The position numbers were made by a program, and so were the translations under genes. A model generated the notes under the pieces. It did no database searches. It was given only the letters and a program-made list of their open reading frames with translations, and was not told where the DNA came from. Below are positions 8,173 through 15,952 of a DNA stretch of 64,000 bases, one piece after another. The stretch spans positions 196,941-260,940 of the forward strand of contig CALMAY010000037.1 of NCBI GenBank assembly GCA_937861125.1, written 5' to 3'. Source of the DNA: an uncultured bacterium (GTDB lineage Bacteria; Patescibacteriota; Patescibacteriia; Magasanikbacterales; UBA922). Positions within the stretch are counted from its first letter, which is position 1; every line of letters begins with the position of its first letter.

Positions 8173-8716
8173 AGTGTTTGAGGAGTGTTTCAATCTGTGT
8201 GTAGAGTGTGTCAAAATTTCCATCATTATGAATGGTATTTTCTGCTTGTGCACCTAACTCTTTGATGAGTTTGTCCGCTTCACTTTGTTCATCAGTACAA
8301 AATTGTTCAAATGATTTGTCTGCGTCACCTGGATTTTCATTGCGAAGTTTCATGCGTTCATAGCGAATCTGTGGATCAGCGGTGATATATATTAAATGAA
8401 ACCCAGGAATTTCTTTGAGGTAACTAATGTCAGTGGGACGTCGAATCCCATCAACGACGACGAGTTGTCCTTCATCTTCGAGTACATCTTTGGTAATCAC
8501 TTTGCTCATGATATCTTGACCAAATCGTTCGCGCAGAAGGGTAGAGAGGTCTTGGAGATTTTCTCGTGTTTTCTCGATATAGATACGATCCAAAATATCA
8601 CGCAACATGGTAGAGAAGCGGTACGTATTGCAGTTGTATTTCAGTGCGAGATAGCTCGCGAGAGTTCCTTTGCCCGCAGCGAGGTCACCGACAAAGCCGA
8701 CAATTATTTTTTGCAT
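8156..8716 (-). CDS. P-loop nucleotide/(d)NMP kinase-like protein
   Basis: Walker A GDLAAGKGT and VVDGIRRP, as in the adenylate/dNMP-kinase fold. Its position inside the dTTP module supports a nucleotide kinase role. Confidence 0.55.
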   Translation of the reverse strand: MQKIIVGFVGDLAAGKGTLASYLALKYNCNTYRFSTMLRDILDRIYIEKTRENLQDLSTLLRERFGQDIMSKVITKDVLEDEGQLVVVDGIRRPTDISYLKEIPGFHLIYITADPQIRYERMKLRNENPGDADKSFEQFCTDEQSEADKLIKELGAQAENTIHNDGNFDTLYTQIETLLKHYGYQG

Positions 8717-8721
8717 ATGTT

Positions 8722-9189
8722 TTATTCCCAATCACAGATATATTGTCGATAAGTAATTCCAGCCGCATCAAGCATGTTGCGTGCAGCAATGCATGCTGGG
8801 GTGTTGTGATATAAATCTTTTTCGTAAATCACTTCTGTAATTCCTTTTTGAATAAGCGCTTTAGTGCACTCATTACAAGGAAATAGTGTTGAATATATTT
8901 TGCATTCATGGGTATCAGCATTGGCATTATAGATTGCATTTTCTTCAGCATGGCAGATGTAGGCGTACTTCGTTTCGTGAAGTTCACCTTCACGTTCCCA
9001 TGGAAATTTGTCTGCATCGATGCCTCGTGGAAAACCATTGTAGCCAATACCAACAACCACATTATCTCGTGTGGCGATAACAGCACCAACTTGGGTAGAA
9101 GGATCTTTGGAACGCTCTGCCATTGTGCGAGCAATACGCATAAAACATTCGTCCCAGGAGAGTGCATTTGTGCGTGGTTCTGTAGCCAT
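8722..9189 (-). CDS. comEB: dCMP deaminase (ComEB/CDA-fold zinc deaminase)
   Basis: HAEENAI ... PCNECTKALIQ zinc-binding motifs. Start trimmed to MATEPRTN (ATG at 9189). Confidence 0.85.
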   Translation of the reverse strand: MATEPRTNALSWDECFMRIARTMAERSKDPSTQVGAVIATRDNVVVGIGYNGFPRGIDADKFPWEREGELHETKYAYICHAEENAIYNANADTHECKIYSTLFPCNECTKALIQKGITEVIYEKDLYHNTPACIAARNMLDAAGITYRQYICDWE

Positions 9190-9255
9190 ATTTGTGTAGT
9201 AATAATGTGCTTGTATCGTATCAAATATGATGGTATGAGGCAATAGCCAAAAGAG

Positions 9256-9288
9256 ACAAAAAACACCCTCCGATTGCTCGAAGGGTGT
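9256..9288 (-). terminator. Terminator of rplA
   Basis: Stem acaccct/agggtgt (9263-9269 / 9282-9288), then T6 on the minus strand. Confidence 0.65.
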
Positions 9289-9306
9289 TTTGAAATTGTA
9301 TAGGTT

Positions 9307-9981
9307 TTAGATCGTTGCTTTGATACTTGGACCCATAGTACTGCAGACGTGTACTGATTTGATATAGGTACCTTTCATTGCCTGTGGTTTGAGTTTTTGG
9401 AGCACTTCGATAAATGCAGTTGCATTTTCAATAAGTTTTGCCTCGTCAAAACTGACTTTACCTACGCCTACGTGGATGTTGCCAGTTTCATCATTTTTGA
9501 AAGCAACCTTACCACCTTTGAGCTCGGCAATCATTTTTTTGACATCCTTGTCCACTGTACCGTTCTTTGGGTTAGGCATGAGACCTTTTGGACCGAGTAC
9601 TTGAGCGGCGATAGCGAGTTTCGGCATCATTTCAGGAGTAGCCACTGCTACTTCAAATGCGATTTTTCCAGATGTTTTGATATCTTTGATATCTGCTTCT
9701 GTGTAGACAAAATCTGCACCAGCCTCTTTTGCTTCTTTTTCATCGTTTGGTCCGACGAAGGCTGCAATGATTTTGGTTTTACCACTTCCGTGTGGGAGAG
9801 ATACGGTTGAGCGGATCTGCTGGTCACTCTTTTTGACATCAATGCCAAGGCGTACGTGGATTTCAATTGATCCATCAAACTTGGTAGTACTAGTACTTTT
9901 TGCCAGTGCTACTGCCTCTGCAAGAGTGTAACTTTTTGTCGCGTCAATTTTGGCGCGAGCTGCTGTCATTTTCTTTGACAT
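9307..9981 (-). CDS. rplA: 50S ribosomal protein L1
   Basis: MSKKMTAARAKIDATKSYTLAEAVALAK...HVRLGIDVKKSDQQIRSTVSLPHGSGK. Trimmed to 224 aa and the ATG at 9981. Confidence 0.9.
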   Translation of the reverse strand: MSKKMTAARAKIDATKSYTLAEAVALAKSTSTTKFDGSIEIHVRLGIDVKKSDQQIRSTVSLPHGSGKTKIIAAFVGPNDEKEAKEAGADFVYTEADIKDIKTSGKIAFEVAVATPEMMPKLAIAAQVLGPKGLMPNPKNGTVDKDVKKMIAELKGGKVAFKNDETGNIHVGVGKVSFDEAKLIENATAFIEVLQKLKPQAMKGTYIKSVHVCSTMGPSIKATI

Positions 9982-10051
9982 ACAAATATGTGTTATGTGG
10001 TACAAACCCCTCTGTATAAAGACGAGAGGGTCCCACATGAATAATGGGCGT

Positions 10052-10080
10052 AGTGTAGCGGATTTTGGGTGGTCTGTCAA
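10052..10080 (-). promoter_or_regulatory. Sigma70-like promoter for rplA (TTGACA-17-TACACT)
   Basis: Minus strand reads ttgaca gaccacccaaaatccgc tacact. A roughly 60-nt leader follows, containing the hairpin ccctct...agaggg. Confidence 0.5.
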
Positions 10081-10084
10081 GGGG

Positions 10085-10900
10085 CTATTTTTGATGTGTC
10101 CGACGGAGTTGTTTGTACAAAAATGTGATAACAAAGAGCAAAATTGAGATGCCAACGATAGTTGGGCCGCTCTGGGTGTCGATGGTGTAGGAGAGGTAGA
10201 TACCGCTCCAGACACTGACAACCGCATATCCGATAGCGAGGAGAATGGTTTTTTTGAAGCTGGTTTTGTAGAGGACCGCAGTCATTACTGGGATGATGGC
10301 GAGGGCGCCGATGAGGAGTGCGCCGACAATGCGAAGAGAAAATGAGATAACCCCCGCTGCCAAAAACAAGAGGAGTGCATTGTACATAGTCACATTAAGT
10401 CCACTTGATTTGGCGATATCCTCGTCAAAGGAGATGAGAAAGAATTGTCGGTAAAACCGAGTGAGGAGAAGTGCTGTGATGAGTGCGGTGGTGCCAATAA
10501 CCGCAATATCAGACCAAGTAATCGTCACGATACTACCAAATAAATACTGAAAAATACTCACATACGCCGTGTCAGAGAGAGAAAAGAGAATCATGGCGAG
10601 TGAGAGTGATCCAGCGAGGAGGAGTGCGAGGAGTGATTCTGGATAGACACTTCGTTTGGTGCGTGTGTACTCTATGAGTGCGACGGCACCAAGTGCGCAG
10701 ACAAATGCACTGAGCAGTGGGTGGATACCCGTGAGGAGTCCTAGCGCAATACCAAAGAGCGAGACATGAGAGAGTGTGTCTGAGAGGAGTGAAAGACGGC
10801 GTACAACGAGAAACGAACCGATCCACGGTGCGATAAGTGCTATGATGGTACCACCAATGACAGCACGTTGCATGAATTCAAATGAGAGAAAATCAAACAT
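10085..10900 (-). CDS. znuB: Metal (Zn/Mn) ABC transporter permease, ABC-3 family
   Basis: Polytopic membrane protein in an operon with the ATPase, the SBP and the Fur-family regulator. Confidence 0.75.
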   Translation of the reverse strand: MFDFLSFEFMQRAVIGGTIIALIAPWIGSFLVVRRLSLLSDTLSHVSLFGIALGLLTGIHPLLSAFVCALGAVALIEYTRTKRSVYPESLLALLLAGSLSLAMILFSLSDTAYVSIFQYLFGSIVTITWSDIAVIGTTALITALLLTRFYRQFFLISFDEDIAKSSGLNVTMYNALLLFLAAGVISFSLRIVGALLIGALAIIPVMTAVLYKTSFKKTILLAIGYAVVSVWSGIYLSYTIDTQSGPTIVGISILLFVITFLYKQLRRTHQK

Positions 10901-10905
10901 AGATA

Positions 10906-11643
10906 CTAGTGGTGATGGTGGTCGTGATGCAGCACGTGTACGTGTCCGCCATACATTTTGTTGATAGCATCAGACATGTCTAGGTGACTCGTTCCTGAGA
11001 AGCACATCATCGAGTGGTTGATACACAGCACTGTGTCTACCTCTTTGGCGATTCGATCGATATCGTGTGAGACGAGGAGGATCGTCATGCCTTCATCGTG
11101 GAGTTCTTTGAGGAGTTGAAAAAACTGTTGCTCAGAGGCGATATCCATGCCAGCAGTTGGTTCATCCAGTATAAGAATGTGTGGATTCATCAGGAGTGTG
11201 CGTGAGACGAGTACGCGCTGGCGTTCACCGCCAGAGAGCCCGCTCATGTGTCGGTCGATGAGGTGAGTGCAATTTGTTTTTTCTAGAGCAGCGAGAATAC
11301 GCTCTTTTTTTTCTTTTCTTCGTACATGTTTGGTGAGTCCGCTGGCTACTACATCACTGACTATGGCTGGAAAGACAACATCATTTTGTACAAGACGTTG
11401 CGGGACATATCCAATAGTTGGGTGTGGAATCTGTTCATTTCCAATATGAAATGTGCCTGATGTTTGGGGTAGTAGATTAAGGAGTACTTTGATCAGTGTA
11501 CTTTTTCCACCACCGTTTGGACCAATCACACCGACGTATTCTCCCATATTCAACTCAAAACAGATATCAGAGAGAATTGATATCTCGTTGAGTGTGACAC
11601 AGAGATCACGTACGGTGATGAGTGGTTGCGGTGTTATTTGCAT
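10906..11643 (-). CDS. znuC: Metal ABC transporter ATP-binding protein with a His-rich C-terminal tail
   Basis: GPNGGGKST, LSGGERQR and ILILDEP motifs. C-terminus is GGHVHVLHHDHHHH. Confidence 0.8.
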   Translation of the reverse strand: MQITPQPLITVRDLCVTLNEISILSDICFELNMGEYVGVIGPNGGGKSTLIKVLLNLLPQTSGTFHIGNEQIPHPTIGYVPQRLVQNDVVFPAIVSDVVASGLTKHVRRKEKKERILAALEKTNCTHLIDRHMSGLSGGERQRVLVSRTLLMNPHILILDEPTAGMDIASEQQFFQLLKELHDEGMTILLVSHDIDRIAKEVDTVLCINHSMMCFSGTSHLDMSDAINKMYGGHVHVLHHDHHHH

Positions 11644-12653
11644 GCGAGTGCTATTTTGAGGTTATTGAGGTTTTGTTCCATCAGTGAAATATATGTTGCA
11701 TTTGCTGCTGCTTCCTCTTCATTTCGTCCTTCAATTGGTGTGAGGACGAGTGTTTTTGCGCCTACTTCTGCTGCGAGTGTCTCTGCTAATTTTGGACTGA
11801 CAAGTGATTCAAAAAAGATATATTCCGTCTTGTTTTCTTTGGCTTCTTCTGCGAGCTGAGATAGTTGTTTTGCAGATGGTTCAGCACTTGGTGAGAGTCC
11901 GGCAATTGCGTGAGTAGTAAATCCGTATCGTCCACTGAGATATGCAAACGCATCATGTGAGACGATGATACTGTCTTTTTCACATGTCGATAGTCCTGTT
12001 TTATATGCTTGATCAAGTGATTCGAGCGCAGAGAGAAATACCTGTGTTTGTTGTGCGTATTGTGTCGCATTGTTTGGATCAATTGACATCATTTCGTCAC
12101 GCAGTGCAGTCGCTGCACGCATCATCACAGTTGGGTCTAGCCAGACATGTGGATCTTTTCCTGTCTCATCTTCATGAGTGTGTCCCACTTCGTCTGCATG
12201 AAATTCTTCTGCTGCGTGCTCATCCTCATTATGATGTTCTACTGTCTCTTTGTGTGCTGCGTCATTATGGTGTTCGTGCGCACCACCTTCTTTGAGCGCC
12301 ATACCGTCTGTCAGTTCGAGCACCGTTACTTGTTTTGTTTCTAGATCAGTGTGCAGTTTTTCACCCCATGGATCGAGCCCTGCGCCATTCATAAAAAAGA
12401 CATCAGCAGAGAGGATCTGTTCAATTTGTTTTGGCGTTGGTTCGTAATCGTGTGGTTCTGTGCCCTCTGGTGTGATGACAACCACATTGGCTAGATCACC
12501 CAAAACTGCACGACTCACCTCAGCGATAGGGAAAAAGGTTGCTACGACGGTTGGTTTTTCTGTATTTACTTCTGTTGGTTTTAGAGTACTGTTTGATGCG
12601 CACCCCGCGCCCATCAGGAGTACTGCTGCAACGAAGAGGAAAGAATATTTCAT
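11634..12653 (-). CDS. znuA: Metal ABC transporter substrate-binding lipoprotein (ZnuA/TroA type) with a His/Asp/Glu-rich loop
   Basis: Signal peptide plus lipobox MKYSFLFVAAVLLMGAGC. The loop HEHHNDAAHKETVEHHNEDEHAAEEFHADEVGHTHEDE is typical of ZnuA. Start trimmed to 12653. Confidence 0.8.
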   Translation of the reverse strand: MKYSFLFVAAVLLMGAGCASNSTLKPTEVNTEKPTVVATFFPIAEVSRAVLGDLANVVVITPEGTEPHDYEPTPKQIEQILSADVFFMNGAGLDPWGEKLHTDLETKQVTVLELTDGMALKEGGAHEHHNDAAHKETVEHHNEDEHAAEEFHADEVGHTHEDETGKDPHVWLDPTVMMRAATALRDEMMSIDPNNATQYAQQTQVFLSALESLDQAYKTGLSTCEKDSIIVSHDAFAYLSGRYGFTTHAIAGLSPSAEPSAKQLSQLAEEAKENKTEYIFFESLVSPKLAETLAAEVGAKTLVLTPIEGRNEEEAAANATYISLMEQNLNNLKIALACK

Positions 12654-12670
12654 ATTCGTAATATACATGA

Positions 12671-13084
12671 TTAGTGATTGTGAAGTTTTTTGTCGCATGA
12701 TCGACAGAGCCCTGTCAGAGCGAGTGTGTGGTGAATATGGGCAAAACTTTTGAGAATAATATCGGGGATGGCGCATGACACTTTCTCTGTTTTATTGCAT
12801 GAGTTACAGACGATATGATGTGCATGTGCTTTGTTATGCATGTGTAGTTCATAGAGCTGTTCGCCATCTCGCACTGTGACTGGATGGATGACGTCGAGCT
12901 CCGTGAGGAGGTCAATGGTGCGATAGATGGAGACACGGTCTACCTCAGTGAGGCGTGTGATGATGTCATTGGCAGAAAAAAGTGATTTCTGTTTGATGAT
13001 ATTTCGAATGACTGCATCACGCTGAGGGGTTTGCTTGTATCCATTTTTGGAGAGAGTTTCGTAGATCTGTTTTGTCAATGTCAT
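12671..13084 (-). CDS. zur: Fur-family metalloregulator (Zur-like)
   Basis: HAHHIVCNSCNK ... GLCRSCDKK (Fur-family HxHH and CxxC pairs). It heads the znu operon. Confidence 0.8.
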   Translation of the reverse strand: MTLTKQIYETLSKNGYKQTPQRDAVIRNIIKQKSLFSANDIITRLTEVDRVSIYRTIDLLTELDVIHPVTVRDGEQLYELHMHNKAHAHHIVCNSCNKTEKVSCAIPDIILKSFAHIHHTLALTGLCRSCDKKLHNH

Positions 13085-13107
13085 ACGTGTACAATGTATA
13101 TATGTCT

Positions 13108-13136
13108 AGTATATGCAACTCAGTTGCATTTGTCAA
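13108..13136 (-). promoter_or_regulatory. zur-znu promoter (TTGACA-17-TATACT) with a 7-1-7 palindrome operator in the spacer
   Basis: Minus strand reads ttgaca aatgcaactgagttgca tatact. The perfect palindrome aTGCAACTcAGTTGCAt lies at 13113-13129. Confidence 0.65.
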
Positions 13137-13158
13137 GTACGTTATTCACATATTACTA

Positions 13159-13188
13159 TTGACTATTGCAACTGAGTTGCAGTATAAT
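13159..13188 (+). promoter_or_regulatory. Divergent plus-strand promoter (TTGACT-18-TATAAT) carrying the second copy of the palindrome
   Basis: ttgact attgcaactgagttgcag tataat, with TGCAACTgAGTTGCA at 13167-13181. Confidence 0.5.
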
Positions 13189-13229
13189 AGTTTTGCGCCT
13201 TGCACATAGACGCATGTTCCCTAAACAGC

Positions 13230-13259
13230 AAAAAACCCGACGTAATAGTCGGGTTTTTT
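13230..13259. terminator. Bidirectional terminator (A6-cccgac-gtaata-gtcggg-T6)
   Basis: Stem 13236-13241 / 13248-13253, flanked by an A-run and a T-run. Confidence 0.75.
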
Positions 13260-13264
13260 GTTTA

Positions 13265-13810
13265 CTATGATTTCCGTGTGTGTAGGGCAGTGACGAGCAT
13301 TGTTATATACACGATGACTGCCATGCTTGGAATCGTGATAAAACCATACATTATAAATGGTGGAGTAGAACAAGCGACACCACTTTCTGCTGAACAGAGA
13401 AATGCTGGAATCCAACCTTGCTGTAATCCGATATGGTAACTCGATAAAGCAATGCCACCGAGTATGAATGGGTAGGTAAAGATGGTAATGTCTTTGCGCT
13501 GTGTGAGAAGGGCTGTGCCTGTAATGATCGCAATTGGATACATACAGATCCGTCCATACCAACAGAGTGCACATGGGACGAGATTGAGAATTTCAGAATA
13601 AAACAAACTACCTAAGAGGCTAGTAAATGAAAAAAAGAAGAGTATTTCAATCTTATATTGTGCAATAAAAATCTGTACTGGTTTGATCATTTTTTGAACT
13701 GCACTACTGCGTGTCGCAACTGCGTAACTCAGGAGGAGGAGTATCAGGAGAATCAAGATAATAAGTCCACCAGTAGGAAGGAGCCAGGAGATAAAAGAGA
13801 TAGGATTCAT
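13265..13810 (-). CDS. Disulfide bond formation protein, DsbB/BdbC family
   Basis: PCALCWYGRICMYP matches the BdbC-type PCxLCWYQRIxMYP motif. Four hydrophobic segments. Confidence 0.7.
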   Translation of the reverse strand: MNPISFISWLLPTGGLIILILLILLLLSYAVATRSSAVQKMIKPVQIFIAQYKIEILFFFSFTSLLGSLFYSEILNLVPCALCWYGRICMYPIAIITGTALLTQRKDITIFTYPFILGGIALSSYHIGLQQGWIPAFLCSAESGVACSTPPFIMYGFITIPSMAVIVYITMLVTALHTRKS

Positions 13811-13849
13811 AATATGTATGTATGGTGTATGAGGTCTTTAGTATGGCGT

Positions 13850-15079
13850 TTAGTGGTGGTGATGTCCATGCCCGTGATGATGGTCGTCGGCTCGTTCCGT
13901 TTCTGTTAGTGGTGTATGTGCATAGCTCCATGCTGCGAGTGCTGTGGTAATAGGAACTGCAAGAACGAGTGTGATGCTTCCAACAAATGTGCGAGCAATT
14001 TCTTCCATCACAATCGAATTATTCAGTGTTGTCCACCATGGTTGTGGGTAGACAAAAAAGAGGAGGAGGAGTGGAAACGATGCGCCAGTGTAGGCAAGGA
14101 TGAGTGTGTTGACGAGTGAAGTGATGTGCTCTTTGCCTACTGACGTGGCACGACGATAGAGTTCCACAAAAGAAAAATTTTGGTTGGCACGATGAAGCTC
14201 TTCTACTATCGCTGCTTGAGCTGTCGTAATATCATCCAAAACACCCAGTACACCAAGGAGTATGCCACCAAGCAGAAGTCCTTTAACATCAATATGCATA
14301 TTTGGAACTGCTTGGAGGAAAAAAGCTTCTTCTGTCCCAAGTCCTGTGAGCGTTAGAAACCAGCCAGAGATATATGCAAACACAATCGTTAGTACAATTA
14401 AAAGAATTGTACTGATGATAGCGAGAATGGTGCGTCTGTTTTTACCATGTGCCAATAAGACAGATAATACACCAATACAAATACTACTGATGCCACAAAT
14501 AAGCAGTGGTGGGTATCCAGAAAGGATGGATGGGATAGTAAAGAAAAAGAGGATACCAGCAGTGCTGAGTAGGCCTAGCAATGATGTAAACCCGCGGTAT
14601 CCTGCAAATATGACGGTGAGAATAAAAAAGAGGCAGCCGAGTATGAGTGTGGCATGGAGACGATAGAAGTCATAAAAATAGTATGATGTTGGAGCGTCAG
14701 ATGGTGTGGTTTTGCCTATGATAATAGTGTCTCCTACGTGAAGAGACATACTGTCAGCTTCTTTTTGTGTTTGTGTGAGTGTAATTGGCGCGTGCGTATT
14801 GGCATCATCACCATTTTTGATACGAGCAATAAATTTGGTAGTTATATTTGTATCATTTGTGCCATCACCATCACCATCATAGTCATACGTTTTTTCTTCT
14901 GTTGAGAGTATGTCGGTGATGTGTCCAATCATCAACGAATCATTGTTTTCGACATAGGGTGTGTTGGGATTGTCGAGTGATCCAGGTGGACTAAACGGTG
15001 GGCGTAGGTATGACCAAACAATACTCACTATAATGAGAGTAATGCTGATATATATAAGATGTTTTTGGGAGAGATGCAT
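13850..15079 (-). CDS. YibE/F-like polytopic membrane protein with a C-terminal His-rich tail
   Basis: Large N-terminal extracytoplasmic region followed by many TM segments. C-terminus is ADDHHHGHGHHHH. The family call is from memory. Confidence 0.55.
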   Translation of the reverse strand: MHLSQKHLIYISITLIIVSIVWSYLRPPFSPPGSLDNPNTPYVENNDSLMIGHITDILSTEEKTYDYDGDGDGTNDTNITTKFIARIKNGDDANTHAPITLTQTQKEADSMSLHVGDTIIIGKTTPSDAPTSYYFYDFYRLHATLILGCLFFILTVIFAGYRGFTSLLGLLSTAGILFFFTIPSILSGYPPLLICGISSICIGVLSVLLAHGKNRRTILAIISTILLIVLTIVFAYISGWFLTLTGLGTEEAFFLQAVPNMHIDVKGLLLGGILLGVLGVLDDITTAQAAIVEELHRANQNFSFVELYRRATSVGKEHITSLVNTLILAYTGASFPLLLLFFVYPQPWWTTLNNSIVMEEIARTFVGSITLVLAVPITTALAAWSYAHTPLTETERADDHHHGHGHHHH

Positions 15080-15108
15080 GTGAATAAAGAGTAGAATGAC
15101 CTAGATAC

Positions 15109-15197
15109 GTTCCCCTGCTTGGAAAGGAGGGGACAGGGGCGGTTGATTGGCCGTGGACATTAACCCCTTCTAACCTTCCCTTTCCAAGGGGAGGAAC
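15109..15197. repeat. 89-bp imperfect palindromic element (gttcccctgcttggaaaggagggg ... ccctttccaaggggaggaac)
   Basis: The arms are roughly 75% reverse-complementary by eye. Intergenic, between the YibE/F start and the rplY terminator. Confidence 0.65.
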
Positions 15198-15230
15198 TAT
15201 CTTATTGTAACAGTGTATCATTTTTAAAAC

Positions 15231-15258
15231 AAAAAAACGACCCCCATACGGAAGTCGT
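15231..15258 (-). terminator. Terminator of rplY
   Basis: Stem acgac/gtcgt, with T7 on the minus strand. Confidence 0.5.
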
Positions 15259-15272
15259 TTTGTGTATAGATA

Positions 15273-15941
15273 TTATTCTTTTTTTGCTTCGTCCTCTGCT
15301 GGAGCATCTTCTTTCTTCTTTTTCTCTACTTGTTCTACTGCATCAACTCCTTTACTTCCTTCTTCTTCGAGTGCTTTGAGTTCATCTTCTGTAAGCGGTG
15401 CTGTTACGGTGACCAAGAGTAGACTTGGTTCTTCGTTGACAGTAATACCAGTTGGTACCACCAAGTCAGAGACAGAGATACGGTGTTCAAATGTCTCCAT
15501 ACCACTAACGTCGATGTCGATGTGTGATACGAGATCTTTTGGTAAACAACTTACTTCAATTTCATCACGCATAGTAACGAGCGTACCACCGAGTGCTTTG
15601 ACTGCTGGGGCTTCGCCAATGATGTTGAGAGCAACTTTTACTGTCATTTCTTTGTCCATTGGAATGGTACGCAAATCAGCGTGAAGTGCACGGCCTTTGA
15701 CCGGTTCATATTGTACATCTTGGATAAGAACCATGACTGGCTCTTTGTCTCCCTCGATAGAACATGAAATCAAACTAGCATATCCAGCTGTTTCTACAAG
15801 CTTGTCAAAAGTGCGACCATCGATACTCACACTTCGTGATGCATATCCTGGTCCATACATAACTGCTGGAACCATGCCATTTGCACGAAGCTCGTTGAGA
15901 TCTTCGGTACTACGTGGTTTTACGATGAGACTATATTGCAT
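15273..15941 (-). CDS. rplY: 50S ribosomal protein L25 / general stress protein Ctc (long form)
   Basis: MQYSLIVKPRSTEDLNELRANGMVPAVMYGPG with an acidic/Lys-rich C-terminal tail. Confidence 0.85.
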   Translation of the reverse strand: MQYSLIVKPRSTEDLNELRANGMVPAVMYGPGYASRSVSIDGRTFDKLVETAGYASLISCSIEGDKEPVMVLIQDVQYEPVKGRALHADLRTIPMDKEMTVKVALNIIGEAPAVKALGGTLVTMRDEIEVSCLPKDLVSHIDIDVSGMETFEHRISVSDLVVPTGITVNEEPSLLLVTVTAPLTEDELKALEEEGSKGVDAVEQVEKKKKEDAPAEDEAKKE

Positions 15942-15952
15942 ATATCAAATGA

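Noticed and set aside
13200-13439. 79-aa plus-strand ORF downstream of the second palindrome/promoter.
   Set aside because: It runs through a strong bidirectional terminator and is antisense to the well-supported DsbB/BdbC-like gene. It has no motif and is probably not translated. The promoter is treated instead as possibly driving a short RNA.
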